DNA of 64,000 nt from Camelus dromedarius (GCF_036321535.1 NC_087437.1:40612001-40676000); one strand, 5' to 3'; shown: positions 12,871 through 27,051, counted from the first letter of the stretch. Notes: generated by a model not told the origin, from the sequence alone. Translations and numbers: made by a program.

Positions 12871-14419
12871 GTGAGAGTAGGAACTGTGTCTATCTTTGCT
12901 TATCACTGTGTTCCAAGTACTGAGTAGGCTTTCTAGGCCATAGCAAATACTGAAACAATCTGATGGATAAATTAGTGGATCCCTACATTTAGAATGACTG
13001 ATCTTACTTGTGTGGTATTTATTTGCTTGGTTTAACTCAGACATTTGAAGTGTCTGACTTTCCTCCTAAAAGCAGCAGTGATATGAAAAAAAAAACTTGC
13101 TAATCAAGTTACACAGCTAGTAGGTGCGAGAGCTGGGTGGGTTTGGGCTGCAGCCAGCTCCACCTGTTTACGTCCATCCTGTGGACACACCGTCTGTTGC
13201 CAGGTGCTCAAAGAAAATGTAGGAGAAAGCAACCTCATGATTCTGGCTCTCAAGGAGCTTACATATAATTCATCAAACCCATGAGAAAGGAGAATCCTAG
13301 ATTTCTCTTAAAAAAAAAAAAAAATCAGCGTTGCCATTCAGTCTGCTAACATCCAGAGGATGAACAAGATGGCAAGAGAGAGTATAATGATGATGACAAC
13401 AACGAACAATTATTAGGTGCTTCCCCCATGCTGAGTGCAATTTTAAGCACTTTAAATATATGTCATGTAATTCTTAAAAAAGGCCCATGAAGGAGGGATG
13501 TATTATTACTAGTACTCATGTTACAGATGCAGAAAGTCAAGTACAGAGCTGTCAAGTTGGTTATAGAGTAAATAGTGATGCAAGAGGCATCCAAACCCAG
13601 GCAGCTGGACACCAGAGCCTGAGCCCCAGCTACTGACCCTTACCTACAGGATGGCAGAGCACCCCATGGGGGGCCCCTAAATCTTCCAGGGGAGTCAGCA
13701 AGAACTTTGCAAAAGAGGTGACCTCTGAACCGCATGCTGAGAAGGCCTATACAGGAAGAGGGGCACAAGCACGCACAAAAAGAAAGAAGAAAATGAATGA
13801 AAGAAGAAAATGGGAAATGAATAAAAGTTAACCGCGATTGTGCATGGACTAAATGTTAAGTCTGGAAAAGGCAGTTGAATACATGGCTGTGGAGGAAGGA
13901 GAAGGGTGAATTGAAACTGGCTTTTGTTGGTTTGTCTGCAAATTGTTTTAATTCAATACCCCTGGGTGTAAATTGAGGGGACAGACTGGAATGAGGAAGA
14001 AAGTAAAGGTGAGGTTCATAATAGAAGGGAAGCAGAAGATGAGGGGGGCCTCGGTGATGGCAGACACCACAGAAGTGAGGAAACAGGGCATGTTCACTTA
14101 ATATTTAATAGGAGGGAATGACAGAATTCAGGGACCAAAATGGGGAATGTGGGGGGAGATGAAGAAGGACATTTCCAGACTGACCCCACGGTTTCTGCCT
14201 TGGTTAATGTGGGTGGGATGCCACTCCCTAAGATAGAGGAGAGAGTAGGGTTGGGACAAAGGGGCTATTGAGAGAGGGAAGAGTAGATAAGGAGTTCCAT
14301 TTGGGGCAAGCTGAATGGCTAATACAATGGATGTTGATCTTCCAAGTACACAGGGAGAAATACAATAGAACACCCAGCATCTCAACAAAGGAAGTAGACA
14401 AGTGGCATTATCATCTAGG

Positions 14420-14628
14420 CCAGTGTTAGCCAAGAGAATGTTCACGATGATGGAAATGTTCCATATCTGCACTGTCCAATATGATAGCCAGTAGCTACAT
14501 GTGACCAATGAGCACTTAAAATGTGGCTAGTGCAGCTAAGGAGCTAAATTTGTAAACTTGTTGAATTTTAGTCAACTTAAACTTAAATAGCCACATGTGG
14601 TTAGTAGCTCATGTATCAGATAGCGCAG
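14420..14628. mobile_element. MER3-like hAT-Charlie MITE
   Basis: gatgatggaaatgttccatatctgcactgtccaatatgatagccagtagctacatgtg...aatagccacatgtggttagtag. Confidence 0.8.
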
Positions 14629-17600
14629 ATCTGGACAACAGAAATAACTCTCAAATAATAAAAACACCAAAGCGGTTCATCACAGGCTGCTGAAATTGGA
14701 AGGGACCTTAGAGTTTGTTGAGTATAATTCTCTTATTTCACAAATAAGAAAACTAAGGCCTAAACAGAAGAAATGACTTGCAGAAAACCACTGCAGCAAG
14801 AGAGTGGTAAGGTAGACTAGAGCCATGGCCTGCCCTCCGGATCCAATGTCCTTTCCATTTCACAGGCTGCTTCTGGGACTGACGCAAAAATACCTGCAAC
14901 TTTGTTTAACTCTGGTGTGTGGAATCAATGTAGCTTGTGGGCAAAGACAAGGAAAAGATCATGTACCCCCACCCCGCTGCTAAGCGAGTCATCCCAAACA
15001 TCACTGGGGAAGAAATTACACCAGATATTGTAGTTGCAAATAGTGGAACCCACTCTAGTTAGTTTTAATATGAAAGTAATTGATTAAAGAAGAGTCAGCA
15101 GTTTGTACAATGTCTGAGAGAGGGTCTCAAAGTCAGGTTAGGAGGCTATGCAGTCAGGAACTGCTGACAAATTACACCACCATTGCTCTGATGGGGGTCC
15201 TACTGTCCCGGGCACTGGGCTCAGGGGAATGGCCCCCAGTCACCAGAGCTGGGTAACGGGCTCCACCCAGATACCTGCTTCTTTAAAGCTGGACCTCACT
15301 GCTGCCCGGTTCACCAGAATGTGCTCCACACGCCTCCTCCTTCCCCAGGTCCTTCTCATTAGAATATAAATAGAGAGGAGGGGAAATCTGAGACCCTTGC
15401 TACAAGGAAGGGAACCAAGTTTCTGCCTTCTACCTTGTGAAGAAGCCCCAGAAATCAGAATAATCCCCAAGCATTAGGAAAAGAATTTTTAAAAAGGCAC
15501 CACCTTCCTGCTCAGCAGAAACCCTGACTCAGAGCTTTGTATATAACGTTTTTGCATTGCAAATTTTCTCAATTATTTCATCAGTGGCTCTGTAATTTTT
15601 TTTATATGATTGTTTCTCCATTTTAATTTCCAAACAAAACTTTGTAACACAAACCATTTGTAAGTAGGGAACTTCCTGGGATATTGCTTACTGACACGGG
15701 GAAGAATTTTTATTCCTGATTAAGATTCTGACATGCCAAGACTTGACTCTGAGCTTAAGCACCCAATACTCTTAGAATCTCTTTCACTTCATGGAAAATT
15801 GGTGTTCCTGTTCCTTGGTCAGGTTTCTTTCTGTCTCACCAAGTACTTCAGTGTGAAGGTAAAATAAAACACTGTTTCTATCTTCAGGTGCTTGCATTCT
15901 AAATCTTAGCTCTAATTATGAAATAAAAAGTTGTATTTCCTAGCTTTACGAATGGCTTTTCCTTGATTGTGTGTTGGTTTGATTGCTATAAACCTTTGAC
16001 TATTTTCCAGAGCATCAACAAAGTTGGTCCCAGCATTCTGTCTCTCTCTTTTTTGGATGCTGCTGTGGAGAATGAGGGCTTGGAGTTTCGTAGTTCATCA
16101 TTTTTCTTACCACTCTTTTATTTAGCCACAGTCTTTTTATAACCTAATCTTGCAAGTGATATACCATCACTTCTGTCCTATGCTCTTGTTCTTACAGACT
16201 CACCCTGGAACATTGGGGGAGGAACTACACAAGAGTGTGACAATCAGGAGGTGGGGGTCACTGGGACTCATCTTAGAGGCTGCTTACCACAGGACAGGAC
16301 CAGGACTTCCCTCCAGAATCATCTTGGTTAAAACCACAGTGTTTTAGACATTAAAACTAGAACTTTAGTTTGGAAAGTTTTAAAAGAAGGTGTTTAGCTC
16401 AGATAACAATGATTACTGTTTGCTCTGGTCTGTCACTGATACTCTGCTAGATGTTGGACTTACTGGAATGAGTCAGGCACAGCTTCTGCCTTTGAGGATC
16501 TCCTGGCCAGCTGAATAGATAATTTTAAAGCAGCATGGCTAAGTCCTATACAGAGGGCTAGGGGGACAGGAGGAGTAGACTTCACTCCACCTGGAGGGTG
16601 AGAAGTATTCCTATTCCACGTAAGTTTTGGATGGAACTTTGAGGGATGTGAGCTGGAGAGAGAGGGCTGTGGCCATGTTGGATAGAATTCTAGGCAGAAG
16701 GATCTGCGTGAGGATAGTTGGAGGCTAGTAATGAATGCAAAGTTATACTTTCTGAGACGACAATTCACACGGTTAAATTAGAAACTAAATAGGATAATCT
16801 GGGTAATTTATCTTTTGATAAATGCATGCACAAGGTGTTATGGGAACCCTTCAGAACTTCATAGGAAGAGGTAGGAAAGTCCTGTCATGGGAGGTTCTTG
16901 GGCTAATTTTGGCTGACTGGAAAGTAGCTGTGTGAAAAGGTCACTTCTTACAGAATTAAGAGCAGGTATAAAACGTAGGGGATGGGAAAGTGTGACGTTC
17001 CTCTATGAGGAACTGCCAAGGAGTTCCTTATGACTGGTGTGGACACTGCTTGGAGTAGGGGCTGCACGGTGGAAGGGAGCTTGTCGAGGGGTTTGAGTCA
17101 TAAAGGGCCTGTTTGATGTTCCATCCTAAAGGGTTTGAACTTTGCTGAAGGTAAAGAGGACCACCAGTGAGGTAGTAACATAATTATCAGGATGGTCACA
17201 TGAGTACTCTCTGTAGTCCCTTATAAAATACTTTAAAATATCAAAAATACTTTAAATGAAAAACTTTTTTTCCCCTCACTTTAAAATCAACTCATGTTCA
17301 TTATGGAAAATTGGAAAACGCCTAAAGGACAGAAGAGGGAAAAGCCCCTCAGTCTCGCTGCGCCAAGGAGCTGCTCGTTCATATTTCAGTATCTATTTTC
17401 CAAATATATTTCTATATATTCAAAAACCAGTCTCCAACTCTACAGATATTTTGAAATAAAATTGAAAAATTTACATTTTGAAATTAATGTTTTGTAACAG
17501 ATCATCTACTTCTTGAACACTGAATTGAAATATAAATTGAAAAAGTTAATTGAGCACTTTCATAATAATTTTTTAGATAGAATTTTAGAAGCTGGGTCAA

Positions 17601-17750
17601 AGAATATACGTATACTATTCTGTTTGCTATATGCTGCTGAATTACTTTTGAAAAGGGGTTTATCAGTTGTGTTACTGGTATTTTGTAACGGTCGTTCTTT
17701 GTTTTATTTTCAGTGAATCACTTTTAAATAGCACTAACGAGAGACTGTGA

Positions 17751-17781
17751 GAGCCCCCCAGTGGCCGAGCTAATTCCTGCA
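17751..17781 (-). promoter_or_regulatory. Candidate CTCF site with upstream motif
   Basis: Minus strand TGCAGGAATTAGCTCGGCCACTGGGGGGCTC; core matches CCASYAGRKGGCRS at 12 of 14 positions, preceded by TGCAG. Confidence 0.55.
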
Positions 17782-19558
17782 AAAACATCATCAGTGGATT
17801 AAAAAAGAACTATTTAGTTGTCAAATCTTAATGTCAAAAAAAGGAGAGTGACTAGAAATATCTTAGCTGTTAAAAAGGCCTTGTAATTAGAGGAAGAAAT
17901 GGCATTTGCTTTCCTTTCAAATTCTTGTACTTTTGCTATCAGACTATGAAATGTTTTAAATTTCACTGCTGTGTAATATGAAGGTTAAGATTATATTGAT
18001 TTCAGGTAGGTTTACAATCAACTGATTAACTAGTTTTGGTATAAAAGCTAATATTTATTGAATATTATCTGTGTTAGGCACTGCTCCAAGCATTTTGCAT
18101 GCAGTAATGCATTCAATTCTCATAGCTATCATGAAAAAATTACTATTTTAAAGACCATTTTACTGGCAGGAAACAGAACATTAGTTACTAAACAGAGTTA
18201 CTTAACAGAGAGGTTAAATAACTTGCCCAAGGCCACACAACTAGTAAGTAATGGAGCCAAGATTCCAATACAGTGCCTTTGACCTCCCTGCTCTGATATC
18301 CCCCTTGGATCTCAGTGTCCATGAATGTTCCCATTCAGGCTAATTTCATAAAATAGGATCTTTATTTATGTAAGAAACAAAGAAACAAAACTATTGGTAT
18401 AATTGAGACATGGGCTTCTCTTCTAGCCATTTTTTTTTAAGGAATAGTATAGTGTTGGTAACATAATTTGTGATTTTATATTATGTACTGAGTGAATAAT
18501 AAGAGGAGACGTGATAGTTTTAGTCACTTTATAATTCATACATTTTCAGTCAAAGACTTAAAGACAAGTTGCTCTGCGTTTTGTTGTCTTAGATAGCTAA
18601 ATGCAAACACCTCTTCTTGATATCCAAGCAAATTTAATGGTGTGACTTTCTAGTTAATTTCCCTTTCATCCTTACATACCATATTTCTATTATATTTTCA
18701 GAAAATGTGACCTCCAGTTTGAGCTAAAACTAAGGACTTTTACTGCTCTTCAGAAAGTGTGATCTCATTGCTTGGATTAGACATCGTACCATCTGAAACT
18801 TCTGGTAGAGAAGCAGATAAAGAGAATTGGCTCTTTGAAAGCAGAGAGATAAAACATTCTGGAAAAGACTCAAACCTAACACTCCAAGTAAAACTTTTCA
18901 TCATTTTGCTTTATCTCCAAGTGGACAAAGGGGAAATTTGGAATAATATGGCTTCTGAAAGAATGGTATTTTAATTGCACCATGAAGGCCAAGAAATAGG
19001 ACCCTAAAAAGACAAAATTTTCACTAGTGGAATTTGAAATTCTAGATGGAAGTTATTTGTGAATGTGCTGCTCTTCTCTTGATGGAGAGACCTTGACTGA
19101 TGTCAGTGTCTCGAGGTAATCAGAGCTTTTCCTGCTTGGGACCCGAGTAGCACACATCCCTCCTACTGAAGAAAGCTCCACTTTACCAAGCACAGCAGAT
19201 GGTTTCAGAGACCAAGAGAGGTCTTCCCTCTGCCCTTGCCCATGTATGTCCTATGTTTTCATGCTTAGTTTCCTAAAGAGATGCATCTTTCTTAATATAT
19301 GAGGAAATCTTTCACAGATTTCATTCCATTTGGATATAGTGATAACACATTTGGAATTTGCGGTTAATCATGTTTGCCTACAAGTCATAGGCCCTTTTAC
19401 ACAGAAAATGTTTTTATCAGCTATGCAATGATAGAAGAAAACCACTAGTAGGCACTGTGAGTCCACTCCTTTGGCCCAAGCTTTGCTTTCAATGAGCACT
19501 TGTCTGCAAACACGTTTGCCAGTATGACATGCATTTGTGCTCCAACGCTCAGGCTGTT

Positions 19559-19966
19559 TCTTTTTTTTTTAATCTATGTATTTTTATTGAAGTATAGTCA
19601 GTTTACAATGTTGAGTCAATTTCTGGTGTACAGCATAATGCTTCAGTCATACATGAAAATACATATATTCGTTTTCATATTCTTTTTCGCCATAGGTTAC
19701 TACAAGATATTAGATACAGTTTCCTATGCTATAAGGTATGAACTTGTTTATCTATTTTATATATATTAGTTAGTATCTACAAATCTCAAAAACTCCCAAT
19801 TTATCCCTTCCCACCCCCTTCCTCCTTTGGTAACCATAAGTTTGTTTTTTATGTCTGTGAGTCTGTTTCTGTTTTGTAAATAAGTTTGTTTGTATTTTTT
19901 TTTTAGATTCCACATATAAGTGATACAATGTGATTTTTTCTTTCTCTTTCTGGCTTACTTCACTCA
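19559..19966 (-). mobile_element. 5'-truncated lineage-type L1 3' UTR
   Basis: Poly(T) then tttttattgaagtatagtcagtttacaatgttg...ttagattccacatataagtgata...tggcttacttcact; clearly related to the L1 at 50553-51466. Confidence 0.85.
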
Positions 19967-21599
19967 GTTTTACTTCACACTTAGTTTTATTAACTATTTT
20001 TAGGTGTAATGGTAGAAAGAACAGTTAACCAGTCTGTTTCCTTTGTTCAGTGCACATCTGGGGTTTAGGACACTGACTGTCTTTCTAAATCTCCCCTTTA
20101 AAGCTCTTTGAATAAGAATAAGGTTGAGGAATTTATGCTCAAGCCCATAGGAAAGATGCTTCTTAGATTTTCCAAAATGGAAAGAACATTGAATTTAGGA
20201 TTGGAAGGCCTGGAATTAGATTTCACATATACCTTACTAGTTCTGATATATACTATAGAAATGTGAAGAGATGGCATGGCAGGATTTTCTAAGAGAAAGT
20301 TAACTGGAAAAGCCTTTGTCTGGGAGGTCTGCAGATCCATTGTTGATATTTATCAGGGGTAACTGGACCCTGAGAGACTGATTCTCACAACTAATGGGGT
20401 GCCTGGGACTGTGGTAGACCTGGAATGTCAGTTTATTAAGTTATGCTATGTGGGAAGTCAGATTCTAACCACAAGGAGGGCTAGGGAAGTAGAGTCACAG
20501 CCAAAGAATGTGGATGCTGTTAGGAAAAGCCCTTTGGCTAAGACAGCCTGAGGGACATCCCCACTTTACAGGGAACCTTGCCAAAGGGACCACACCCTCA
20601 GATTCTGTGGCCACAATGTTGCCTCCACATCCTATGGACAGTAGAGGATTCTCAGGGCCTCTCTGCTTCTTGCCACTTCTCTGTGCTTCCATGGCTGCCC
20701 AACTTCCTTTCCAAGGGACACACTCTATTTATGGCTAATTGAGTCACACAGGTATACTTTGCTGGCCTCCCTTGAGTGGCCTTTTGTATATCTATGCTGT
20801 GATCGTTTAGACCTTCATCTTGGGATTTTTTCTCCCATTAATAGATAATGATAATAATAACCTAATCATTTTAGTTTTAGTCTTTATCAAAGGCAACTCA
20901 TATTTCCAATCTTTCTGTATTGCTTATGAATAATACCAACAGTAGCCAACATTAAAGAGTGCCCACCTGTGCTGGGCACTGTGCTACGTACTTTGTAAAA
21001 GTTATCTCACTTAATAATTCTCACAATGACCCTATGAGAGCATCTGCTATTCTGACTTAATAGATGAAAAACCCGACAGTCACATAGGTTAAGGGATAGC
21101 CCAACTGATAAAGTTGGAATATGAACTCAGGAAGTTACAACCCAAGATCTTAACTTCACAACTCTTTCTGCCAGTTAGTGCCTGAGTTCTGAAACCTGAC
21201 TCTACAGATGCCTCTGTGTGTGACCTGTGGGTGATCTGGGCTTTGCTGAATTATGATTGGTTGAATTTTTATCATTAGAATATCAAATGCTCATGGAGTC
21301 ACAGTAGTGCAGATTTCAGACCTGCTTTTTCAATAAACTGATGTTGCTTTTGTTTTGTATTTCATGTTGTACTTCATACCAAAGCTCTTTTTTTTATGTT
21401 GTAAGGAAATACCTGAAAACAGTCAGGTCAATAGACCCTGGTGATGAAATGCCCCCGAACACAATGACTCGCTGAAAAAGGGACATCTTCCTGTAATATA
21501 GTAGTTTCCACAAATCAAACTTGTGTGAATCCATAAGAGTGCAAAAGCAAAAGCTCTGAATCATCATATTTGTATATCATGTGTAATAGTGGCCCAGGT

Positions 21600-21810
21600 T
21601 CCCTGAGGCCTTACTTTGTACCAGACATTGTTTAAAGCTCTGTATGTGCACACATAATCACATAATCATCAAGAAACCTATGAGTTAGGCACGATTTTAA
21701 TTCTCATTTTACAAATGAGGAAACTGAGGCCCAGAGAGGTGACGTAACTTGAACCCACGGGTAGTAAACGGTTGAGACAGGAGTTGCAGCCAGGCAGCCT
21801 GGCCTGCATT
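21600..21810 (-). mobile_element. MIR SINE
   Basis: Core ctcattttacaaatgaggaaactgaggcccagagaggtgacgtaacttg. Similar MIR cores near 13410-13640, 18050-18290, 20950-21140, 26490-26690, 30270-30475, 43720-43870 and 62150-62310. Confidence 0.85.
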
Positions 21811-22899
21811 CTCTCCTGGGTGATTATTGCTGCTCTGGTTCTTGACACTCTGTCATCTATTACAGAGCCTTTTCAGTCTGTGCACCTGGTTTCTTTGGGG
21901 TCTCCTCGAGGCCAGTTTTCCCTGGAAAACAGGGTGATTTGCCCTGACACTCAGCATAAATATAGGAAAGGTTAGTACCTGTGATTTATGATCCATCTCT
22001 CAGAGTGTTGAGTAGGAAGTTTCATACTTACTGAAATCCTTCTCACCTTTAAATCTCATGATTGTTGATAACCCAACTGTATCAAAGGGAGTTAAAACTG
22101 TTTAATGTAAATATAGCCCAAGGAGGACTTCTCCACTTGATACAAAAGTACATGTAATGGATCTTATTTGAATGCATGGAGAAAAGGTGTCTTGAAGCTG
22201 ATGATGATGGCGACGATGGTGGTGGTGGTGGTGATGATGAAGATGATAGCTTACCCTTGCAGACCACTCTAGGCTACACAGTGTTCTCAGTGGAGTACAG
22301 ATACTAACTTATTTATAGTAAGTAGCTTTTAATGTCGAAATCGAACACTTTAGGAATTTTCAGAAAGTGATCATCAGGACAGGTTCCCAGGAATGGTTAG
22401 TGAGGAGGGGTGAGATGGGCCCTTGGAGTCTACTCCTTCCTTGCTATGTGAACTAGGGCAACTTACCCTCTGCTGTTTGTCCATGAATATCATGTGTGAC
22501 ATTTGTTCACAGAGGGTTGTTAAGAGAATTAAATGAGATAATACACAAAGTCAAGCACACAGTACGTGACACAGATGCATATATGTGAGTTGCTATTGTT
22601 GTTACCATTACCATGGCCATGGCCGCCTCTAAAGATTTTCGACCACGGGGAAAGGATCATTTTCTTTCTACCAATAACCATGGTGTGCTGAATGCTTCGC
22701 ATCTGTTCCTTAGGGCAATGCTCATCTCATCAGTTACAATCCTGGGCGAGGAGAAACTGGCACCCTAGGGAGTACCACGGTCCCTGCTCTCAGCTGGGAG
22801 GAAGGAGCGGGTAGGCAGAAATTGAGCAGGGATGGAGCGAAGCGGAGACTCAAGGACTGAGATGAGAATGAAGCAGCAAGAAGAGAAATAATTCGCAGC

Positions 22900-24330
22900 A
22901 AAATACAACTCGCGCCCGACGCGGGCCCTCCTTTGCTAGGACCTGGATCGAAATATTTTACTTTCCAACTCTAACCGCGCGACGCCGGCGGGCGGGCTGC
23001 GGGATTGGCCCCCCTGCCTAACCCGGCTCCCCTCCACACCCCTCTCTGGACCCCGCCCCCCGATTGGCCGTCTCGACCCGAGGCCGTCGCGGATTGGCGC
23101 TCGCCTGCCGGGTCTGCGGGGTTTAAGAAGGGGGGCAGGGGTGCGCTGCCCAGCCTAGCTGCTGTCCCCGCTTTGCGCCCGTCGCTGTCCCCGCCGTGCG
23201 CCGCTCGCGCCGTCGCAGCTGGGCTCGCAGCGTCTCGTGGCCTCTCGCCGCCTCCAGCGTCCCGCATCGCGCCGTCGCCGGCCAGCGGCTCGCGAGCGCG
23301 GGAGCGGGAGGACCAGGGCAGGCGCCGTCCATCCCGGGCGCGAGCACAGCTAGTGAGCGGCGAGGCGTGGGGACTCCACGCTGGCCACGATGGTGGCCAC
23401 ATGCCTGCTGGTAGTGGGCTTCGTCACGAGCTTCGTGGGTTGGATCGGCATCATCGTTACCACGTCCACCAATGACTGGGTGGTGACCTGCGGTTACACC
23501 ATCCCCACCTGCCGCAAGCTGGACGAGCTGGGCTCAAAGGGGCTGTGGGCCGACTGCGTCATGGCCACTGGGCTGTACCACTGCAAGCCCCTGGTGGATA
23601 TTCTCATCCTGCCGGGTAAGGACCCCGCCTTGCAAGTGGCTGCTCCTAAACCCTTACTCTCCAGGCAGACGGGGGAGGGGGCATTAGGCGGCGTTCACAG
23701 AAACATTTGGGGGCTGGAAGACTTTGGGGCACATTTTGACACCTTCAGTTCCGCTTTGCTGTGGCGGAATTAGGCAGCCCTGAACTTAACTTCTGTCAGC
23801 CTCGGTTTTCTTATCTGGAATTTGAGATGACAGTGGTGGCCACTGGCCGAGTCACCCTGAGAAGGTAATGAACTGAGACATAGTCACATAGTTGGAACTC
23901 CGTGCCAGTTTTTTACCGTCGCCCCGCCTCCCCATGCTCCCACTGTCGATGGATTAGCAGTGCTTCATCCCGCCTTAGAATCCACCGCAGAGGCGAGGAG
24001 GAACGAGAGGAAAGCATTCCGGCGATCCGAACAGGCGCAGGCTGTTTCCCTGTCCAAGTTAGGGCCCTCCTAGCTGCATCAGGTCGGTTCCCGCAGACCC
24101 CGGGCCTATCTCACTTTCCCAGTCCTTTGCCGTCGCAGTGGGGGCGTCGGCCCGCGGGCCTGCGGTGACTCTCCTTCCCGCCCCCACACTCCGGGGTCCC
24201 AGAGGGAAGAGCGGGCGCCCCTGGGAGGGCCCCCTCACCCTGGGGAAAGGGCCGCCTCCTCGCCTCCAGCTGTGCCTCGGAGTGAGGAAGAGAGAGACAG
24301 TTGCCTGGTCTTCACTCCCCTGACGCCAGC
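22900..24330 (+). promoter_or_regulatory. CLDN11: CLDN11 CpG island covering promoter, exon 1 and start of intron 1
   Basis: Abrupt GC/CpG-rich block; inverted CCAAT boxes at 23004, 23063 and 23093; GC box CCCCGCCCC at 23051; TATA-like TTTAAGAA at 23122. Confidence 0.9.
23390..23615 (+). CDS. CLDN11: Claudin-11 (OSP) exon 1 CDS, 226 bp
   Basis: Strong Kozak GCCACGATGG; in-frame TAG TGA 39 nt upstream; claudin W...GLW..C...C signature (DWVVTC...KGLWADCVMATGLYHC); donor CGG|GTAAGG. Confidence 0.98.
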
Positions 24331-27051
24331 CGGGGGCCCTATCCTCACCTAATGCCCCGTTGAAAACTTCTGGGCAAGTTTCAATTCAGATTTAAACCTC
24401 GAGCCAGTTGGATGATTTGGCAAGGTCGGGGGTGCCCCTTCGGGTTTCTGCTTGGAATCTTGGTTTATCCCGGTCCTGGGCCTAAGCCTGGCTGTCTTCT
24501 GTCCGGCTAGCCTTTAACGATGGTGCGCCCTTAAAGGCCTATCCCGGTTTTCTTAACGAGCAGAGTAACTGGGCCCTGAGGCCGGCAGTCTGGAAGCCAC
24601 TGGCTTTGCGCCTTCTCCCGAATGAGTCTTTAGCTTCCTGAGACTCTGCCCTTCCTTAAGCCTCCCCTCAAGTGCTTCCTATTTCCAGGCCCCTGTAGTC
24701 GTATTCTATCCCCACTTCCTCCTTGCTGCCCTGGTGTTTGACACTTATCCCCATCAGTGCACGTTTCAACTTTTTTGTTCGTTGTTTGTGAGTCAAGTTC
24801 TACCGCATTTAAAGTTCCCCAAAGATATGGATGGCTTCCTACCCTCTTCACATCTTCCCCTGCACCGGCAGTGCCCCTGATGCACGGCAGGTGTGTGCTC
24901 CATTTTGCCCTGCCCTGCATTTTTAACTTTCAGGATGACAGAGGTCAAGAGATCCCTTTAACTTGCCCACCTTAAGTTAAAGCTGCTGTTGGTAGACCTG
25001 TCTCAGTGCTCACAGTCTGAGGATTTGGGACAAGAAACTAACCTCTATGGACTGCAGTTGTCTTCTTTTAAAAATTAAAATCAAACCAACCACCTGTCTT
25101 TCAGAATTGTTTGAAGGATTACACGAGATGAGAAATGTTAACCTCCTTAGATGTAGTAAATGCTCTAAAAATGGTAGCTATAATTTTTATTAAATCTGGG
25201 CATGGAATTTGCAGGACTCTGACTGTCACATAAAATTCTTCTCTGCTTCCCTCTCCTGAAGTTAAGTTTGCTGAGCATTTAGTGCCAAGTGGTTTATTTT
25301 CAGAGAACATAGACCATCCCGCAGATGGAGTACATTTTAGGGAGGGCCTATCCCTTCCTGCAGTCCCGTCCCTCACACTCTAGGTGGGGACAGGGACAGA
25401 TCTCAGTCTCCATCTTTAGATTCTCAGACATGGCTTTGGCACCTAGCATGTGGATAGCCTGCACCGTGAATTTCAGAACCCAGGTCTCTAGTTGACTCTC
25501 TCCTTTGTCCCAGCTCTGGCTCTCCGACCAGCCACAGTGGCATAGAACTATGGTTAGAGGTCTTGTGTCAGACACCCTATGGCTCCTTTCTGGGGGTGTT
25601 CAAGTTAACAAATACTTGATTGATTACCGTTAATTCAGAAGAAACTGAGATGGGAAATGGTTGGAAGAGTGTCCTTGTGGAGTCTAAATTCTGGCAAAAC
25701 ACATCCTACTAAGAGACAGTCTTGCAGTTGGGTCTTGGTGCACAAGGTAGGCTGGCCAGGTTTGGTATGAGGGTCCTGGCACGGGTGGCGGAAGCTGGGG
25801 CTCGTTTTTGGCTTTGCCATGAACTCTGCCTCCTCCAGGCCACTAGCTCTCCTTTTTTCTGAGTAAAGACGGAGAGTAATAAGTACAACTCCCCCCTTTA
25901 TTTTGAAGAAGGGAGAGTGTTTTAATGAGAAACAATACATTTAAGTTTGTCATGTTCTCCCAGCATCTTATCAGATTTATTTCACATAAATATTGTGCAT
26001 ATTATAATCTGTCTCTTAATAAAGTAGTTACTTGGCATTTTATTTGACAGTATAAAGTTCAGGTAGTTTTGCTTCATGCTTTTTATTCAACTTGTTAATT
26101 CCTTCATTCGTAATTGTGTGTTTACATCATCTGTTATGGCCACTATGTTAACTCATGAAGACCAAGGCAGGTGTCTGTCCTCCAGGAATCCCTGGGGCTG
26201 GAGACATGCCTTTAAGGGATAATGGATCATTGTAGAAGCAGGCCCAGGGCACAGTGGTGGAGGCAGGAGATGGAGCCTGACGTCCTATAGGGGCAGGATT
26301 CATAAGCAAGACAGCCTGTGGAGAGATACCAGGAGAGGAAGACTGAGTCTTAGCTTAGTCTATTTAGGACCACACACTGTTTATATACAATGTGAATTAA
26401 AAGCACATGGTTAAGGGACAAAATCGTGTGGTACACCTGGAGATAAAACTACTGCTCTGACACAGAATAATGCCAGTAATACCGATAATAATAGCTAACC
26501 TTTCTGGAGTATTTAGCATGTGCTAGGCACTGTTTTGAGCACTGCATGAATTAACTAATTTAATCTTCATCAAACTCTATGGAAGAAGTGTAGGTACCAT
26601 TATTATTTTTACTCCATAGATGAGGAAAGTGTCAAGACACAGCAGTTCAGTAACTTGCCCAAGGTCACACAGGTAGAGCTTATCAACAGCAGGCTGGAAT
26701 CGACACAGATCATCCCAGAAGACTGCTTGGAAGATATGAATTTTAATCTGAATCTTTCACAAGGTGATGTAATAGTGTAATTGGTCTCTTGGCCCCTTCA
26801 TCTTGGACGCTTGGATGAATGGTCTAAACCAGGGATCCCCTTTCTGTCTCTCCAGCCCCCAACCTCCTTTTTTGTCAGAGTCACTTTAATAGTTGAACAT
26901 GTGAGGGGATCTTGGACCCCATTTAACATATTCTAAGTCCTGCAGTGGGGCAAGAGGGAGGAAGGCGAATGGTGCTGAATTACCGAGGGGCAGGGTTCAG
27001 GATCCAAGGGGACCCATGGCCTAACCCCCTCATCTGTGCTCTTGTTTCCAG

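Noticed and set aside
12682..13044. Lys/Glu/Arg-rich and Phe/Leu/Ser-rich ORFs
   Set aside because: Translations of the (CCTT/CTTT)n microsatellite.
22971..23475. Overlapping 70-156 aa ORFs around the CLDN11 promoter
   Set aside because: Stop-poor GC-rich CpG-island sequence giving Ala/Arg/Gly/Pro-rich translations; the in-frame stops at 23351-23356 exclude an N-terminal extension of CLDN11.
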